A DNA stretch of 26,966 bases from Opitutaceae bacterium (GTDB lineage Bacteria; Verrucomicrobiota; Verrucomicrobiia; Opitutales; Opitutaceae), in the NCBI GenBank assembly GCA_050737455.1, contig JBOHXF010000363.1:1-26966 (forward strand), written 5' to 3'. The notes under the pieces were generated by a model. It made no database searches. It saw only the letters and a list, made by a program, of their open reading frames with translations, and was not told the origin of the DNA. Numbering within the stretch: position 1 is the stretch's first letter; each line of letters opens with the position of its first letter. Shown in pieces: positions 8,181 to 19,010 of this stretch. A program made the translations under genes and the position numbers.

Positions 8181-11100
8181 TCAGTTGCCCCCCACGCGGG
8201 ACAGGTCGCGGGCGTTTTCCTCGAAGGCGGCCATGACCGCCTCGTCGCCCGTCAGGCCCTGGTCGTGGGCGCGGCGGATGCATTCGAGCATCCGGCGGTA
8301 GTCCTTCGGCATGATCCGGACGAAGCGCGGCCGCATCCGGTCCCATTCCTCCAGGATCAGCCGGGCCCGCGCGCTCCCGGTGTAGTCCCGATGGCGCTGG
8401 ATCATCGCGCGAACCTCAGCGATCTCCTCGGCCGACCCGAGCGGGCCGGTCTCCACCATCTGGGGATTGACGCGCTTTGGGAAGTCGCCCGCCTCGTCGA
8501 GCACATAGGCGATGCCTCCCGACATGCCCGCCGCGAAATTGCGCCCGGCTGGGCCAAGCACGACCACGCGGCCCCCCGTCATGTACTCGCAGCCGTTGTC
8601 CCCGACCGCCTCGACCACGGCATTGACCCCGCTGTTGCGGACGGCGAAGCGTTCGCCGGCCATGCCGCGGATATAGGCCTCGCCGGAAGTCGCCCCGTAA
8701 AGGGCGACGTTGCCGACGATGACGTTCTCCTCGGGGGCGAACGTCGAGCCGGCCGGCGGATAGACGATCAGCTTGCCGCCGGAAAGGCCCTTGCCGAGAT
8801 AGTCATTGGCGTCGCCCTCCAGAGTGAAGGTGAGGCCCTTCGGGATGAAGGCGCCGAAGCTCTGGCCGGCTGAACCCTGGAAGTGGAGGCGGATGGTGTC
8901 CTCAGGCAACCCGCCCGGGCCCCATTTCTTCGTCACTTCGCCGCCGGTGATGGTGCCCACCACCCGGTGGACATTGCGAATGGGCAGCTTCGCTGCAACC
9001 TTCTCGCCGCGCTCGATGGCGGGTTCGCAAAGCTTGAGAAGCGTCGTGACGTCCAGGGATTCGTCCAAGCCGTGGTTTTGCTTGATCTGGCAGAACCGCC
9101 CGATCTCCGGATCGAGATCGGGCTGGTAGAGAATGTTGCTGAAGTCGATGCCCTTGGCCTTCCAGTGCTCGATCGCCTTGCGAGGCTCCAGGCGGTCGGT
9201 CCGGCCGATCATCTCCTCGACGGTGCGAAATCCGAGCTGAGCCATGATCTCGCGGAGGTTTTCCGCGATGAACCGCATGAAGTTGACCACGTGCTCGGGC
9301 TTGCCGGTGAAACGGGCGCGCAGCTTGGGATTCTGCGTCGCGACGCCCGTGGGGCAGGTGTTGAGGTGGCACACCCGCATCATGATGCAGCCGGTGGAGA
9401 CCAGGGGCGCCGTCGCGAATCCGAATTCTTCGGCGCCGAGGAGCGCGGCGATCGCGACGTCCCGGCCCGTCTTGAGCTGGCCGTCGGTCTCGACCGCGAT
9501 CCTGCTGCGCAGATTGTTGAGGACCAGCGTTTGGTGGGTCTCGGCCAGCCCGAGTTCCCACGGGAGCCCCGCGTGCGCGATCGACGTCTGGGGCGAGGCG
9601 CCGGTGCCGCCGTCGTAGCCGCTGATGAGGACGACGTCCGCGTGGGCCTTGGCGACGCCCGCCGCGATGGTGCCCACGCCGACCTCGGCCACGAGCTTCA
9701 CGCTGATCCGCGCGTTGCGGTTGCCGTTCTTGAGGTCGTGGATCAGCTCTGCTAGGTCCTCGATGGAATAGATATCGTGGTGCGGCGGGGGCGAGATAAG
9801 CCCCACCCCAGCCGTGGTCAGCCGGGTCTTCGCGATCCACGGATAGACCTTGGCGCCGGGCAACTGCCCGCCTTCGCCGGGCTTGGCGCCCTGCGCCATC
9901 TTGATCTGGAGCTCGCGGGCGTTCACCAGGTACTCGCTCGTCACCCCGAAGCGGCCCGAGGCCACCTGCTTGATCGCGGAATTCTTCGAGTCTCCGTTCG
10001 GCAGCGGCGCGTATCGGCTGCGATCCTCGCCGCCCTCCCCGGTGTTGCTCTTGCCGCCGATCCGGTTCATCGCGATCGCGAGTGTCTCGTGGGCCTCCTG
10101 GCTGATCGAGCCGTAGGACATCGCCCCCGACTTGAAGCGCTTCATGATGGTCTCGACGGGTTCAACCTCCTCAAGGGGAATCGCGGCGCCCGGCTTGAAT
10201 TCGAGCAGACTGCGGAGCGTGCAGAGGTTCCGCGACTGGCCGTCGATCAGCCGGGCGTAGTCCTTGAACGCCGTGTAGCTGTCGGTCCGCACCGCCTTCT
10301 GCAGGCGGTGGATTGACTCCGGGGTGAAAAGGTGAGCCTCGCCGTCGGACCGCCACTGGTAGAGGCCGCCCGACTCAAGCACGTGGCCATTGACCGAGGC
10401 GCGGGCCGGGAACGCCGCCCGGTGCCGCGCCAGGACTTCCTGGGCGATCACATCGAGGCCGATCCCGCCGACGCGGGAGGCGGTCCAGGTGAAGTAGTGG
10501 TCGATCACGTCCTGGCGCAGCCCCAGCGCCTCGAACACCTGGGCCCCGCGGTAGCTCTGAATGGCCGAAATACCCATCTTGGACATGACTTTGATGACGC
10601 CTTTGGTCGCCGCCTTAACAAAATTCTTGCAGGCGTCCTTGTGGTCGATCCCGGTAAGTCGGCCGTCCCGGATCAGGTCGTCGATGGTCTCGAAGGCGAC
10701 GTACGGATTGATTGCGCTGCACCCGTAGCCGATGAGCAGCGAGAAGTGGTGCACCTCCCGCGCTTCGCCCGTCTCCAGGACGAGGCTCACCCGGGTCCGC
10801 AGGCCCTCGCGGATCAGGTAGTGGTGAAGGCCGGCAACCGCAAGCAGGGCGGGCACCGGCGCGAAGTCGGCATTGACCCCCCGGTCGGAGAGGACGAGGA
10901 CGTTGATCTCGTCCTCCTCGATCATCCGGCGGGCCATGTGGGAGAGCTCCTCCAAAGACCTGGCCAGCCCCTTCTCGCCGCGGCTCACCCGGAACAGGAT
11001 CGGCAGGACGCCGATCTTGAGGCCGGGCAGGTCCTGGCGGCGCAGCTTCGCGAACTCCTCGTTGGTCAGGATGGGCAGCTTGAGCTCCACCCGCCGGCAG

Positions 11101-12818
11101 GCCGACGGCTGCGGGTCCAGAAGGTTGCCTTCCGAGCCCAGCCGGGTCTCGGCGCTGATCACGATCTCTTCGCGGATGCAGTCGATCGGCGGGTTGGTGA
11201 CCTGGGCGAAAAGCTGCTTGAAGTAATCGTAGAGCATCCGCGGCCGGTTGGATAGGACCGCCAGCGCCGCGTCGTTGCCCATCGAGCCGACAGCCTCGAC
11301 GCCGTCGCGGGCCATCGGCATCATCACGATGCGCTCGTCCTCGTGGGTATAGCCGAAGGCGATCTGCCGCTGGAGCAGCGTCTGGTGGTCGGGCGCCGGC
11401 GCCTCCGGTCCCTGCGGAAGGTCCGCCAAGTGCACCAGGTGCTCGTTCAGCCACTGGCGGTACGGCCGCTCGCCGCAAATCTTCCGCTTGATCTCCTCAT
11501 CGCCGATGATCCGGCCCTCGGCCGTGTCCACGAGGAACATGCGCCCGGGCTGGAGCCGGCCCTTGGTGAGGATGTTCTCCGGCGCGATCTCAAGGACGCC
11601 GGCCTCGGATGCCATGATGACAAGGCCGTCCTTGGTGACATAGTAGCGCGACGGCCGCAGCCCATTGCGGTCGAGCACGGCGCCGATCTGGCGGCCGTCT
11701 GTGAACGCGATGGAGGCAGGGCCGTCCCAGGGCTCCATCAGGCAGGAGTGGAACTGGTAGAACGCCCGGCGCTCGTCGTCCATGCTCTCATGGTGCGACC
11801 ACGGCTCGGGAATCATCATCATGAGCGCGTGCGCGAGGGGCCGGCCGGCGAGGACCAGCAGTTCGAGAGTGTTGTCGAACATGGCCGAGTCGCTGCCGTT
11901 CGGATTCACGATCGGCAGGATCTTTCCGATGTCGTCGCCGAACAGTTCGGACTCGAACAGGGCCTCGCGAGCGTGCATCCAGTTGATGTTGCCGCGCAGG
12001 GTGTTGATCTCACCGTTATGGGCCAGGAAGCGGTACGGGTGCGCCCGGTCCCAGCTCGGAAAGGTGTTCGTGCTGAACCGCGAGTGCACCAGGGCGAGCG
12101 CCGTCTCCATGCCGGGATTCGCAAGATCTGTGAAGTACTTCGCGAGCTGCGTCGTGAGCAGCATGCCCTTAAACACGATCGTCCGCGACGAGAGGCTGGC
12201 CACGTACCAATATTCGGCGCCGTCGAGGGTCGACGTGCGGATCTCGGAATAGGCGCGCTTGCGGATGACGTAGAGCTTCCGCTCGAAGGCGAGCTCGTCC
12301 TTGAGCTTCGGATCGCGGCCGATGAACACCTGCCGGATGAACGGCTCGCACGCCTTGGCGGTCTCGCCCAACGTGGAATTGTCGGTGGGCACGGTGCGCC
12401 AGCCGAGGATCGTCTGGCCTTCCGACTGTACGATCTGCTCGAAGCGCTCCTCCAGCCGCCGCCTCCGAATCCGCTCGCGGGGCAGGAAGATGTGGCCGGC
12501 GCCGTATTCGCCCGGTCCGGGCAGGTCGATCCGCGCCTTCCTGCAGGCCTCCTTGAGGAACGTGTGGGGCAATTGCAGGAGGACCCCCGCGCCGTCGCCC
12601 GTGTTGGCCTCCGAGCCGCTGGCGCCCCGGTGGTCGAGGTTGATCAGGATCTCGATCGCCTGCTTGAGTATCCGGTTGGACTTGCGCCCCTGGATGTCTG
12701 CCACGAAGCCGACGCCGCAGGCGTCGTGCTCAAACCAGGGATCGTAGAGTCCCTGCTTCGGCGGATAGCCGAGGCGCCGCGGCCGCGCGGAGGTCGGACT
12801 GGTCGTATCGGTGTTCAA
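8181..12818 (-). CDS. gltB: Glutamate synthase large (alpha) subunit
   Basis: EHDACGVGF (Ntn amidotransferase Cys), [43 protein letters not shown] 3Fe-4S motif. Start placed at in-frame TTG 12818 because the 12905 start would span a terminator; exact start uncertain. Confidence 0.96.
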   Translation of the reverse strand: MNTDTTSPTSARPRRLGYPPKQGLYDPWFEHDACGVGFVADIQGRKSNRILKQAIEILINLDHRGASGSEANTGDGAGVLLQLPHTFLKEACRKARIDLPGPGEYGAGHIFLPRERIRRRRLEERFEQIVQSEGQTILGWRTVPTDNSTLGETAKACEPFIRQVFIGRDPKLKDELAFERKLYVIRKRAYSEIRTSTLDGAEYWYVASLSSRTIVFKGMLLTTQLAKYFTDLANPGMETALALVHSRFSTNTFPSWDRAHPYRFLAHNGEINTLRGNINWMHAREALFESELFGDDIGKILPIVNPNGSDSAMFDNTLELLVLAGRPLAHALMMMIPEPWSHHESMDDERRAFYQFHSCLMEPWDGPASIAFTDGRQIGAVLDRNGLRPSRYYVTKDGLVIMASEAGVLEIAPENILTKGRLQPGRMFLVDTAEGRIIGDEEIKRKICGERPYRQWLNEHLVHLADLPQGPEAPAPDHQTLLQRQIAFGYTHEDERIVMMPMARDGVEAVGSMGNDAALAVLSNRPRMLYDYFKQLFAQVTNPPIDCIREEIVISAETRLGSEGNLLDPQPSACRRVELKLPILTNEEFAKLRRQDLPGLKIGVLPILFRVSRGEKGLARSLEELSHMARRMIEEDEINVLVLSDRGVNADFAPVPALLAVAGLHHYLIREGLRTRVSLVLETGEAREVHHFSLLIGYGCSAINPYVAFETIDDLIRDGRLTGIDHKDACKNFVKAATKGVIKVMSKMGISAIQSYRGAQVFEALGLRQDVIDHYFTWTASRVGGIGLDVIAQEVLARHRAAFPARASVNGHVLESGGLYQWRSDGEAHLFTPESIHRLQKAVRTDSYTAFKDYARLIDGQSRNLCTLRSLLEFKPGAAIPLEEVEPVETIMKRFKSGAMSYGSISQEAHETLAIAMNRIGGKSNTGEGGEDRSRYAPLPNGDSKNSAIKQVASGRFGVTSEYLVNARELQIKMAQGAKPGEGGQLPGAKVYPWIAKTRLTTAGVGLISPPPHHDIYSIEDLAELIHDLKNGNRNARISVKLVAEVGVGTIAAGVAKAHADVVLISGYDGGTGASPQTSIAHAGLPWELGLAETHQTLVLNNLRSRIAVETDGQLKTGRDVAIAALLGAEEFGFATAPLVSTGCIMMRVCHLNTCPTGVATQNPKLRARFTGKPEHVVNFMRFIAENLREIMAQLGFRTVEEMIGRTDRLEPRKAIEHWKAKGIDFSNILYQPDLDPEIGRFCQIKQNHGLDESLDVTTLLKLCEPAIERGEKVAAKLPIRNVHRVVGTITGGEVTKKWGPGGLPEDTIRLHFQGSAGQSFGAFIPKGLTFTLEGDANDYLGKGLSGGKLIVYPPAGSTFAPEENVIVGNVALYGATSGEAYIRGMAGERFAVRNSGVNAVVEAVGDNGCEYMTGGRVVVLGPAGRNFAAGMSGGIAYVLDEAGDFPKRVNPQMVETGPLGSAEEIAEVRAMIQRHRDYTGSARARLILEEWDRMRPRFVRIMPKDYRRMLECIRRAHDQGLTGDEAVMAAFEENARDLSRVGGN

Positions 12819-12848
12819 GGTCGGTGGGATCGTGTTTCGTGTGGGCGC

Positions 12849-12884
12849 AAAAAAGGGCCGGTCACTCTTGGGGGATCCGGCCCT
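12849..12884 (-). terminator. Rho-independent terminator between the glutaredoxin gene and gltB
   Basis: Minus strand reads AGGGCCGG-atcccccaagagtga-CCGGCCC-TTTTTT: GC stem followed by 6 T, 28 nt past the glutaredoxin stop. Confidence 0.7.
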
Positions 12885-12911
12885 GAGCGCCAAGTCAGCC
12901 GGCAAACCCCA

Positions 12912-13250
12912 TCAGAAGAAGCGGACGGTCTTCGTGGCCATCCGCGCGTGCTCCTCGTCGGAGCAGCCGGCGTTCGTCGGAACGTCGGTCGCGGCGGAAT
13001 CGGCGGGTTTCACCAGATCGTTGCTGAGCAGATAGTTTTCGACTTCTTCGCCGGAAACGTCGGCGAGCATCACGCCGTCGATTTCGACGCACGGCGACAG
13101 AGGTTGGCCGGACTTGCGGACCATCTCGGCGTAGCTCTCACGGTTGTTGATGATATCGACATCCTCATACGGCAAACCGTATTTGCGGAGGATGGAACGG
13201 ACACCGTTGGACCAACCGCAGGACGGCTTGAGATAGGCTTTGATGGTCAT
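12912..13250 (-). CDS. Monothiol glutaredoxin-like protein (CGWS)
   Basis: C-terminal 112 aa of the 756-aa track ORF from ATG 13250: KPSCGWS active site, SGQPLSPCVEIDG cis-Pro strand. Confidence 0.9.
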   Translation of the reverse strand: MTIKAYLKPSCGWSNGVRSILRKYGLPYEDVDIINNRESYAEMVRKSGQPLSPCVEIDGVMLADVSGEEVENYLLSNDLVKPADSAATDVPTNAGCSDEEHARMATKTVRFF

Positions 13251-13312
13251 GTGGGAAAGGCTATGCGCAGGCGAAAACGAAGCAAGATATAGGCGCCATT
13301 TCGCGGCGATCA

Positions 13313-13328
13313 AGCATACGTTTTGCCA
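13313..13328 (-). promoter_or_regulatory. Candidate sigma-54 -24/-12 promoter for the glutaredoxin gene
   Basis: Minus strand TGGCAAAACGTATGCT has correct GG-N10-GC spacing versus consensus TGGCACGN4TTGCW; ~60 nt upstream of the ATG. Confidence 0.35.
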
Positions 13329-13475
13329 TTTGCCGCCGATTTTATCGCTCCGTCTCTCCGATCGGGACCAGCATGCCCGGAAAATTGAGCGGACGCAGGG
13401 CGGACGTCGCCTCCGAAAGCCGCCCCGCGAGCTTTTGGCTAGCGTGGGCTCCGCGCGTCCGGTATCACCCGCCGG

Positions 13476-14441
13476 ATGAAGGTGTTGGTCACCGGCGCCG
13501 CCGGGTTCATCGGCTACCATGTCGCCCGGCGGCTGGCGGAAGGCGACAAATGCGAGGTCTTGGGCGTCGACAACTTGAGCGCGGAGGGCGACGGGGATCT
13601 CAAGCGGGCACGGCTTGCCGAGCTCGGCAAGTTCGACGCCTTCCGGTTCCTGCAAAGCGACTTCGCCGACGGCGAGAAGTTCTCGGCGCTCATGGCCCAT
13701 TTCGCGCCCGATTACGTTGCGCATCTGGGAGCGCAGACGGGCGTCCGCCGCTCGGTCACCCATCCGGGAGACTATGTGCGGAACAATCTCGTCGGCTTCG
13801 CCGAAGTGCTCGAGTGCTGCCGCCGGTATCCGCCCAAGCATCTCGTGTACGCCTCCAGCAGCAGCGTCTACGGAATGGGCGCGAAGCCTCCGTTCCGGGA
13901 GGACGACGACACCGATCAGCCGGCGTCGTTCTACGCCGCCACGAAGAAGAGCAACGAACTCATGGCCCAGAGTTACGCGCGGACACACGGGCTCAACGTC
14001 ACGGGGCTGCGCTTCTTCACCGTCTACGGGCCGTGGGGCCGGCCGGACATGGCCCCCACCCTTTTCGCCCGCGCGATCTGCGAGGATCAGCCGCTCCCCC
14101 TCTTCAACGAGGGCAGAAATCTCCGGGACTTCACCTACGTCGACGATATCGTCGACGGGGTGGTCCGGGCACTGCTTTACCCGCATGAGCCGTCGCCCTC
14201 GCGAATCTTCAACCTGGGGCACCATCGGTCCGTCGAAACCCTGCTCTTCGTGCGCATGCTGGAGCGGCTCCTGGGGCGCGAAGCTCGGATGGAACTTCTC
14301 CCCCCGCAGCCGGGCGACATGGTGGAAACCTGCGCCGACTTGACACGCGTGACCGCGGCGATCAATTACTCCCCAAAGGTGCCGCTCGAAGAGGGCCTCG
14401 GCCGCTTCGTCGATTGGTTCCGATCCTATTACCGGTTCTGA
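13476..14441 (+). CDS. NAD-dependent epimerase, UDP-glucuronate 4-epimerase-like
   Basis: TGAAGFIG, HLGAQTGVR, ASSSSVYG, YAATK catalytic YxxxK, LRFFTVYGPWGRPDMA, RDFTYVDDIV. Confidence 0.93.
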   Translation: MKVLVTGAAGFIGYHVARRLAEGDKCEVLGVDNLSAEGDGDLKRARLAELGKFDAFRFLQSDFADGEKFSALMAHFAPDYVAHLGAQTGVRRSVTHPGDYVRNNLVGFAEVLECCRRYPPKHLVYASSSSVYGMGAKPPFREDDDTDQPASFYAATKKSNELMAQSYARTHGLNVTGLRFFTVYGPWGRPDMAPTLFARAICEDQPLPLFNEGRNLRDFTYVDDIVDGVVRALLYPHEPSPSRIFNLGHHRSVETLLFVRMLERLLGREARMELLPPQPGDMVETCADLTRVTAAINYSPKVPLEEGLGRFVDWFRSYYRF

Positions 14442-14489
14442 TGCCGGGCCCGGATCCCCGGCCCGCCCCGGTCTGTCCAATGTCCTCCC

Positions 14490-14894
14490 ATGCGCACGGT
14501 ATTGCTCCTCATCGGTTCCAACATCTTCATGACGACGGCCTGGTATGGCCATCTCAAGTTCAAGTGGCTCGCGGACAAACCGCTCATGATCGTGATCCTG
14601 GTGTCCTGGGGCATCGCCTTTTTCGAATACTTGCTCCAGGTCCCGGCGAACCGGATAGGTTACCGGACCGGGCAATTCGATCCGTATCAGCTCAAAGTGA
14701 TCCAGGAGGCGGTCACCCTTTCGGTCTTCATCGGGTTCGCGTGGGTGGTCTTCGGCGAGAAGCTGCGCTGGAACTACGCCGTGAGCTTCTCCCTCATTTT
14801 TCTCGCGGTGGTCTTCGCGATGGCCGTGAAGCCCGGCGCGACGGCCGTGACTGACAGGCATCGCCCGCCGACGGAGCGGACGTGGGATCGCTGA
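14490..14894 (+). CDS. Small DMT-superfamily membrane protein (DUF486-like)
   Basis: SNIFMTTAWYGHLK, SWGIAFFEY..QVPANRIG, QLKVIQE.VTL.VF; four hydrophobic segments. Confidence 0.9.
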   Translation: MRTVLLLIGSNIFMTTAWYGHLKFKWLADKPLMIVILVSWGIAFFEYLLQVPANRIGYRTGQFDPYQLKVIQEAVTLSVFIGFAWVVFGEKLRWNYAVSFSLIFLAVVFAMAVKPGATAVTDRHRPPTERTWDR

Positions 14895-16470
14895 CGGCGG
14901 TGCTTGCGGGATCTCCGAAGACATACCCGCGGGCCAGTTCGGCGTAGTCGCGGACCTGGCGGGCCTCCCATGCGGAGTCCCGGCCCAATTCGCGGGCCAG
15001 CAGGCGCGCCACGGCTGGCGCAGCCTCGATGGAGGCGCGGGCGTCGAGGAGCAGGCTGCGGGTCCGCCGGGCCAGCACGTCCTCCACCGTCCGGGCCATT
15101 TCCATGCGGGCGTGCCAGACAACTTCCGCAGCGCGGTATGGCAGGGCGGGATGGAGCGCGGCGGCGAGGTCCGGACACGCACGGCCCAGCGCCGCGATTT
15201 CCGGGGCCTCCGAGCCGTACGCGTCGAGCCCGGGCTCGACCGGGGCGTCGGTCCAGCCCTGGATCCGCAAAGCCTCAGTGAGGCAGCGGCGGCTCTCGAG
15301 GCCGGCCACCGTCTCCGCCTGGTCCACGACGTCCTCGGCCATCCGGCGGTACGTGGTCCATTTGCCGCCGGTGACCGTGATGAGGCCGCTTTCGCTCACG
15401 ACGATGGTGTGGTCGCGGGAGAGCGACGCCGTGCCGCCGGCGCCGTGCCGGGCCCGCACGAGCGGACGCAGTCCGGCGAACACGCTGAGCACGTCGTCCG
15501 GGCCGGGATCCTTCGCCAGGCAGCGCCGCGCATGTTCCAGGACGAAGTTCCTCTCCTCGGGCAGCGCCCGGGGCTCCACGAGAGGCTCGGGCCGTGGCGT
15601 GTCGGTCGTCCCCACCACGACCCGGTCGTGCCAAGGGACGGCGAACAGCACGCGGCCGTCGGCCGTCCGGGGGATGAGGATCGCCGCAGCCCCGGGCAGA
15701 AAGGCCCGCGGCAGGACGAGGTGGATGCCCTGGCTCGGCGCCACGAGCCGGGGGACGCCCGGCCGGTCCCACCGGCGTATGCTATCTACGAATACACCCG
15801 TCGCGTTCACGACGGCGCGGGCGCGCACCGGGAACTCCGCCCCGCCCTCGCGGTCCCGAAGCCGCGCTCCGGCGACCATCCCGCTCTCCTTGAGGAGCCC
15901 GGTCGCCGCCGCGTAATTGACCACGACGGCACCCAGCGCGTCGGCCGTGCGGGCGAGGCTCACGGCGAGCCGGGCGTCGTCGAATTGGGCGTCGTGGTAG
16001 ACGACTCCGCCCAGGAGCCCCTCCGGCTCGACCGTCGGAATGAGGGCGACGGTCTCCTCGCGGCTGAGCCGCCGCGAGGGGCTGAGCCCGAGCCTGCCCG
16101 CAAGCTGGTCGTAGACTTTGAGACCGATGCCGTAGAACGGGCCCTCCCACCAGCTATAGTTGGGAATCACGAACGGAAGATCGCGCACCAGGTGCGGAGC
16201 GTTCCGCGCGAGGCGGCCGCGCTCGCGCAGCGCCTCGAGGACAAGAGAGACATTCCCCTGCCTGAGGTAGCGGACGCCGCCGTGGATCAGCTTGGTGGAG
16301 CGGCTCGAGGTGCCCTGGGCGAAATCCCCCCGCTCCACCAGCGCGACCCGGTGACCGCGGGAGGCGGCGTCAACGGCCGCGCCGAGGCCGGTCGCGCCGC
16401 CGCCTATAATCAGCAGATCGAAAGGGCCTGCCGCGTGGCGGAGGCGGTCGATGGACCGCTCGCGGTTCAC
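14794..16470 (-). CDS. glpD: FAD-dependent glycerol-3-phosphate dehydrogenase (GlpA/GlpD family)
   Basis: [46 protein letters not shown] start at 16470 overlaps the glpK stop (GTGA). Confidence 0.93.
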   Translation of the reverse strand: MNRERSIDRLRHAAGPFDLLIIGGGATGLGAAVDAASRGHRVALVERGDFAQGTSSRSTKLIHGGVRYLRQGNVSLVLEALRERGRLARNAPHLVRDLPFVIPNYSWWEGPFYGIGLKVYDQLAGRLGLSPSRRLSREETVALIPTVEPEGLLGGVVYHDAQFDDARLAVSLARTADALGAVVVNYAAATGLLKESGMVAGARLRDREGGAEFPVRARAVVNATGVFVDSIRRWDRPGVPRLVAPSQGIHLVLPRAFLPGAAAILIPRTADGRVLFAVPWHDRVVVGTTDTPRPEPLVEPRALPEERNFVLEHARRCLAKDPGPDDVLSVFAGLRPLVRARHGAGGTASLSRDHTIVVSESGLITVTGGKWTTYRRMAEDVVDQAETVAGLESRRCLTEALRIQGWTDAPVEPGLDAYGSEAPEIAALGRACPDLAAALHPALPYRAAEVVWHARMEMARTVEDVLARRTRSLLLDARASIEAAPAVARLLARELGRDSAWEARQVRDYAELARGYVFGDPASTAVSDPTSAPSAGDACQSRPSRRASRPSRRPPREK

Positions 16471-17993
16471 ACCAACGCGGCGCCGGCCGGCGCCCCGGCG
16501 ATCGCCCAGCCGCGGGCGCGCTCGACCGCGCGAGTCCAATCCCGGCGTGCGGCCTCCATCTCGGCGCGGGGGCGCACGGGCGAAAACCGGACGTCCTCGG
16601 ACCGGCAGCGGGCGAGCTCGCCGCGGCCGGACCAGTAGCCCACGGCAAGGCCGGCCAGGCCGGCCGCACCGAAGGCGGTCGTTTCCAGGTTCGCCGGGCG
16701 CACGACCGGCACACCCAGGAGGTCGGCTTGGAACTGGAGCAGCGGCGTGCTGCGCGCGACACCGCCGTCGACGCGCAGCTCGGACAGGGGCAGGCCGCTA
16801 TCGTCGGCCATCGCCTCAATGACGTCGGCCGACTGGAAGGCGATCGCCTCCAGGGCGGCGCGGCAGATTTCGGCGCGCCCAGTGCCGCGCGTGAGACCCA
16901 CCAGGGTGCCGCGCGCATAGGGGTCCCAATGCGGCGCGCCGAGGCCCGCGAACGCCGGGACGAGGAACACGCCGCCCGCGTCCGGGACCGAGGCCGCGAG
17001 GGCGTCGGCCTCCTGGGCCGACGCGATGAGTTTGAGCCCGTCGCGAAGCCATTGGAGGGCGGCGCCGGCGACGAATACGGAGCCTTCCAGGGCATACTCG
17101 GTGCGCCCGCCGAGCCGCCAGGCCACGGTGGTGACGAGATTGTGCCGGGATGCGATTGGTTCGGTTCCGGTGTTGAGCAGAAGGAAGCAGCCCGTGCCAT
17201 AGGTGTTCTTGGCGAGACCAGGTTCGAAGCAGGCCTGGCCGAACAGGGCGGCGTGCTGGTCGCCGGCGATGCCGGCTATCGGGGCGCCGGCAGCCGGGAG
17301 GGCGTGATCGACTTCACCATACACCTCCGAGGAGGAGCGGATCTCCGGCAGGACGGCGTGCGGGATGCGGAAGAGCGCCAGGAGTTCGTCGTCCCATTCG
17401 CCCGAGTGGAGCTCGCATAGGAGGGTGCGGGAGGCGTTCGTGGAGTCGGTGGCATGGACCCGGCCGCCGGTCAGGCGCCAGAGGAGCCAGGTGTCGACGG
17501 TGCCGAAGCGTAGGCCGCCCGCCTCGGCGCGGGCGCGCAAGCCGGGGCCGTGGTCCAGGATCCAGGCGAGTTTGGTGGCGGAAAAATAGGGGTCGAGGCG
17601 GAGCCCGGTCTTGCGCACGACCAGGTCCTCGGCGCCCTCCGAGCGCAGGCGGGCGCAGGCTTCGGCGGTCCGGCGGTCCTGCCAGACGATGGCCGGGTGG
17701 ACCGGAGCGCCGGTCCGGGCGTCCCAGACGACAGTGGTCTCACGCTGATTGGCGAGGCCCACCGCAGCGATCGATGAGGAATCCAGGCCCGCTCGGGCCA
17801 GTGCCTCGGCGGCGGTGGCCGATTGGCTGGCCCAGATTTCCAATGGGTCGTGTTCGACCCAGCCGGGGCGCGGATAGCTTTGGGCGAATTCCCTTTGGGC
17901 CGCGGCGACGACGCGGCCCGCACGGTCGAAGACAATCGCGCGGGAGCTGGTCGTGCCTTGGTCCAAGGCCAGAATGTACCTGGGCGTGCTCAT
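16467..17993 (-). CDS. glpK: Glycerol kinase
   Basis: [57 protein letters not shown]. Confidence 0.97.
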   Translation of the reverse strand: MSTPRYILALDQGTTSSRAIVFDRAGRVVAAAQREFAQSYPRPGWVEHDPLEIWASQSATAAEALARAGLDSSSIAAVGLANQRETTVVWDARTGAPVHPAIVWQDRRTAEACARLRSEGAEDLVVRKTGLRLDPYFSATKLAWILDHGPGLRARAEAGGLRFGTVDTWLLWRLTGGRVHATDSTNASRTLLCELHSGEWDDELLALFRIPHAVLPEIRSSSEVYGEVDHALPAAGAPIAGIAGDQHAALFGQACFEPGLAKNTYGTGCFLLLNTGTEPIASRHNLVTTVAWRLGGRTEYALEGSVFVAGAALQWLRDGLKLIASAQEADALAASVPDAGGVFLVPAFAGLGAPHWDPYARGTLVGLTRGTGRAEICRAALEAIAFQSADVIEAMADDSGLPLSELRVDGGVARSTPLLQFQADLLGVPVVRPANLETTAFGAAGLAGLAVGYWSGRGELARCRSEDVRFSPVRPRAEMEAARRDWTRAVERARGWAIAGAPAGAALV

Positions 17994-18086
17994 GGAAATC
18001 GCTTGATCGGCAAGGCGGGCCCGGAGGGCCGCTTGACCTTACCGGTTCGCAAGCTGTTGGCAATGGCTGGAGCGCGCCTATTCAAC

Positions 18087-18218
18087 GGTTGGCGGCCGCT
18101 CGAAAATATGAGAACCTCCGGCGCAAAGCAGCACCCGCCGCCGACGTCGCCTCGAGCGTGGCGAGGGGGCTCACCAACCGCGCCTTCCGGGTCTCATCTT
18201 TTCGAGCGGCCGCCAACC
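18087..18218. mobile_element. MITE-like element / long inverted repeat (132 bp, 30-bp arms)
   Basis: 18087-18116 GGTTGGCGGCCGCTCGAAAATATGAGAACC versus reverse complement of 18189-18218 GGTTGGCGGCCGCTCGAAAAGATGAGACCC: 28/30 identical, first 20 perfect. The repeat is certain; mobility is inferred. Confidence 0.55.
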
Positions 18219-18428
18219 CCTGTTAGGGGGAGATCCCCGAAGCCGCCTAGCAATAGAAAGTTCGGCGAACAATTCCCCGGCCCCATTTTCGGTTCGCTGC
18301 CATCCGCCGCCTTCGGGGATTGCTATGGGCAGCCAATGGCAAAAGCGCGCGGCCCGGAGCCGGCCCCAGGCTCATCCGGAAATTTTCATGAAAACAGGCA
18401 AGGTTGCCGAACCGCATGGAGGGTGCGT

Positions 18429-19010
18429 TCAATCCGGTTGCCGCTCAGCGATCAGAGACTCGAAGCTCGGCGCCCGCTGCTGAAAGACCGTGGGGAGATC
18501 GAAGGGCCACGAGGCCTCGACGGGGCGCCAGAAAGGGCTCGCGGATATGGCGGTGCGCGCTTCCTCGAAATACGGCGCATGGTCGGTCCGAAAGTGGAGC
18601 CTGGCCCCCTGCCCCGTTCGGGTGGCAAGCTCGGCGAGAATGTCGGGGCGCAGCAGTCGGTTCTTGTGGTGGCGGCGCTTGGGCCACGGGTCCGGGAAGA
18701 GGATGAAGATCGAATGGAACCGGACGGCGGGCGGCAGGGAGGCGAGGAAATCCTCCGCGTGCGCGCGGATGAAGCGGAGGTTGGTGAGGCTCGCCCGCTC
18801 CCGCTTTCGCTCGGCGCGCGCGATGCGGTCCGGAAGAAGGTCGATGCCCACGTGGAGCATTTCCGGGTGCGCCGTCGCGTGCGCTGTGAGAAAATGGCCA
18901 TGCCCGGATCCGATCTCGAGGACGAAGGGCCGCGACGGCAACGTCCGGCAGAGGTCGGCGAGCCTCCGCCGGCGCTCCTCCAGAATGCCGCGATGCAGAT
19001 TGAGCGGCAC
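18429..19010 (-). CDS. trmB: tRNA (guanine-N7)-methyltransferase
   Basis: LEIGSGHG SAM motif, FPDPWPKRRHHKNRL, RTD; GTG start directly follows the mnmG stop. Confidence 0.93.
   Translation of the reverse strand: MPLNLHRGILEERRRRLADLCRTLPSRPFVLEIGSGHGHFLTAHATAHPEMLHVGIDLLPDRIARAERKRERASLTNLRFIRAHAEDFLASLPPAVRFHSIFILFPDPWPKRRHHKNRLLRPDILAELATRTGQGARLHFRTDHAPYFEEARTAISASPFWRPVEASWPFDLPTVFQQRAPSFESLIAERQPD

Noticed and set aside
6474..13292. Long plus-strand ORFs opposite gltD/gltB (531, 649, 307, 290 aa)
   Set aside because: Antisense shadows expected from GC-rich codon usage; no recognisable motifs.
13251..15182. 756-aa ORF 12912..15182 as one large protein
   Set aside because: Only the last 112 aa are a glutaredoxin; the rest is antisense shadow of the epimerase and DMT genes and an off-frame overlap of glpD.
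18844..18859. Second parS-like CACGTG site in trmB (ATGCCCACGTGGAGCA)
   Set aside because: Only 11/16 match to the mnmG site, with one arm broken.
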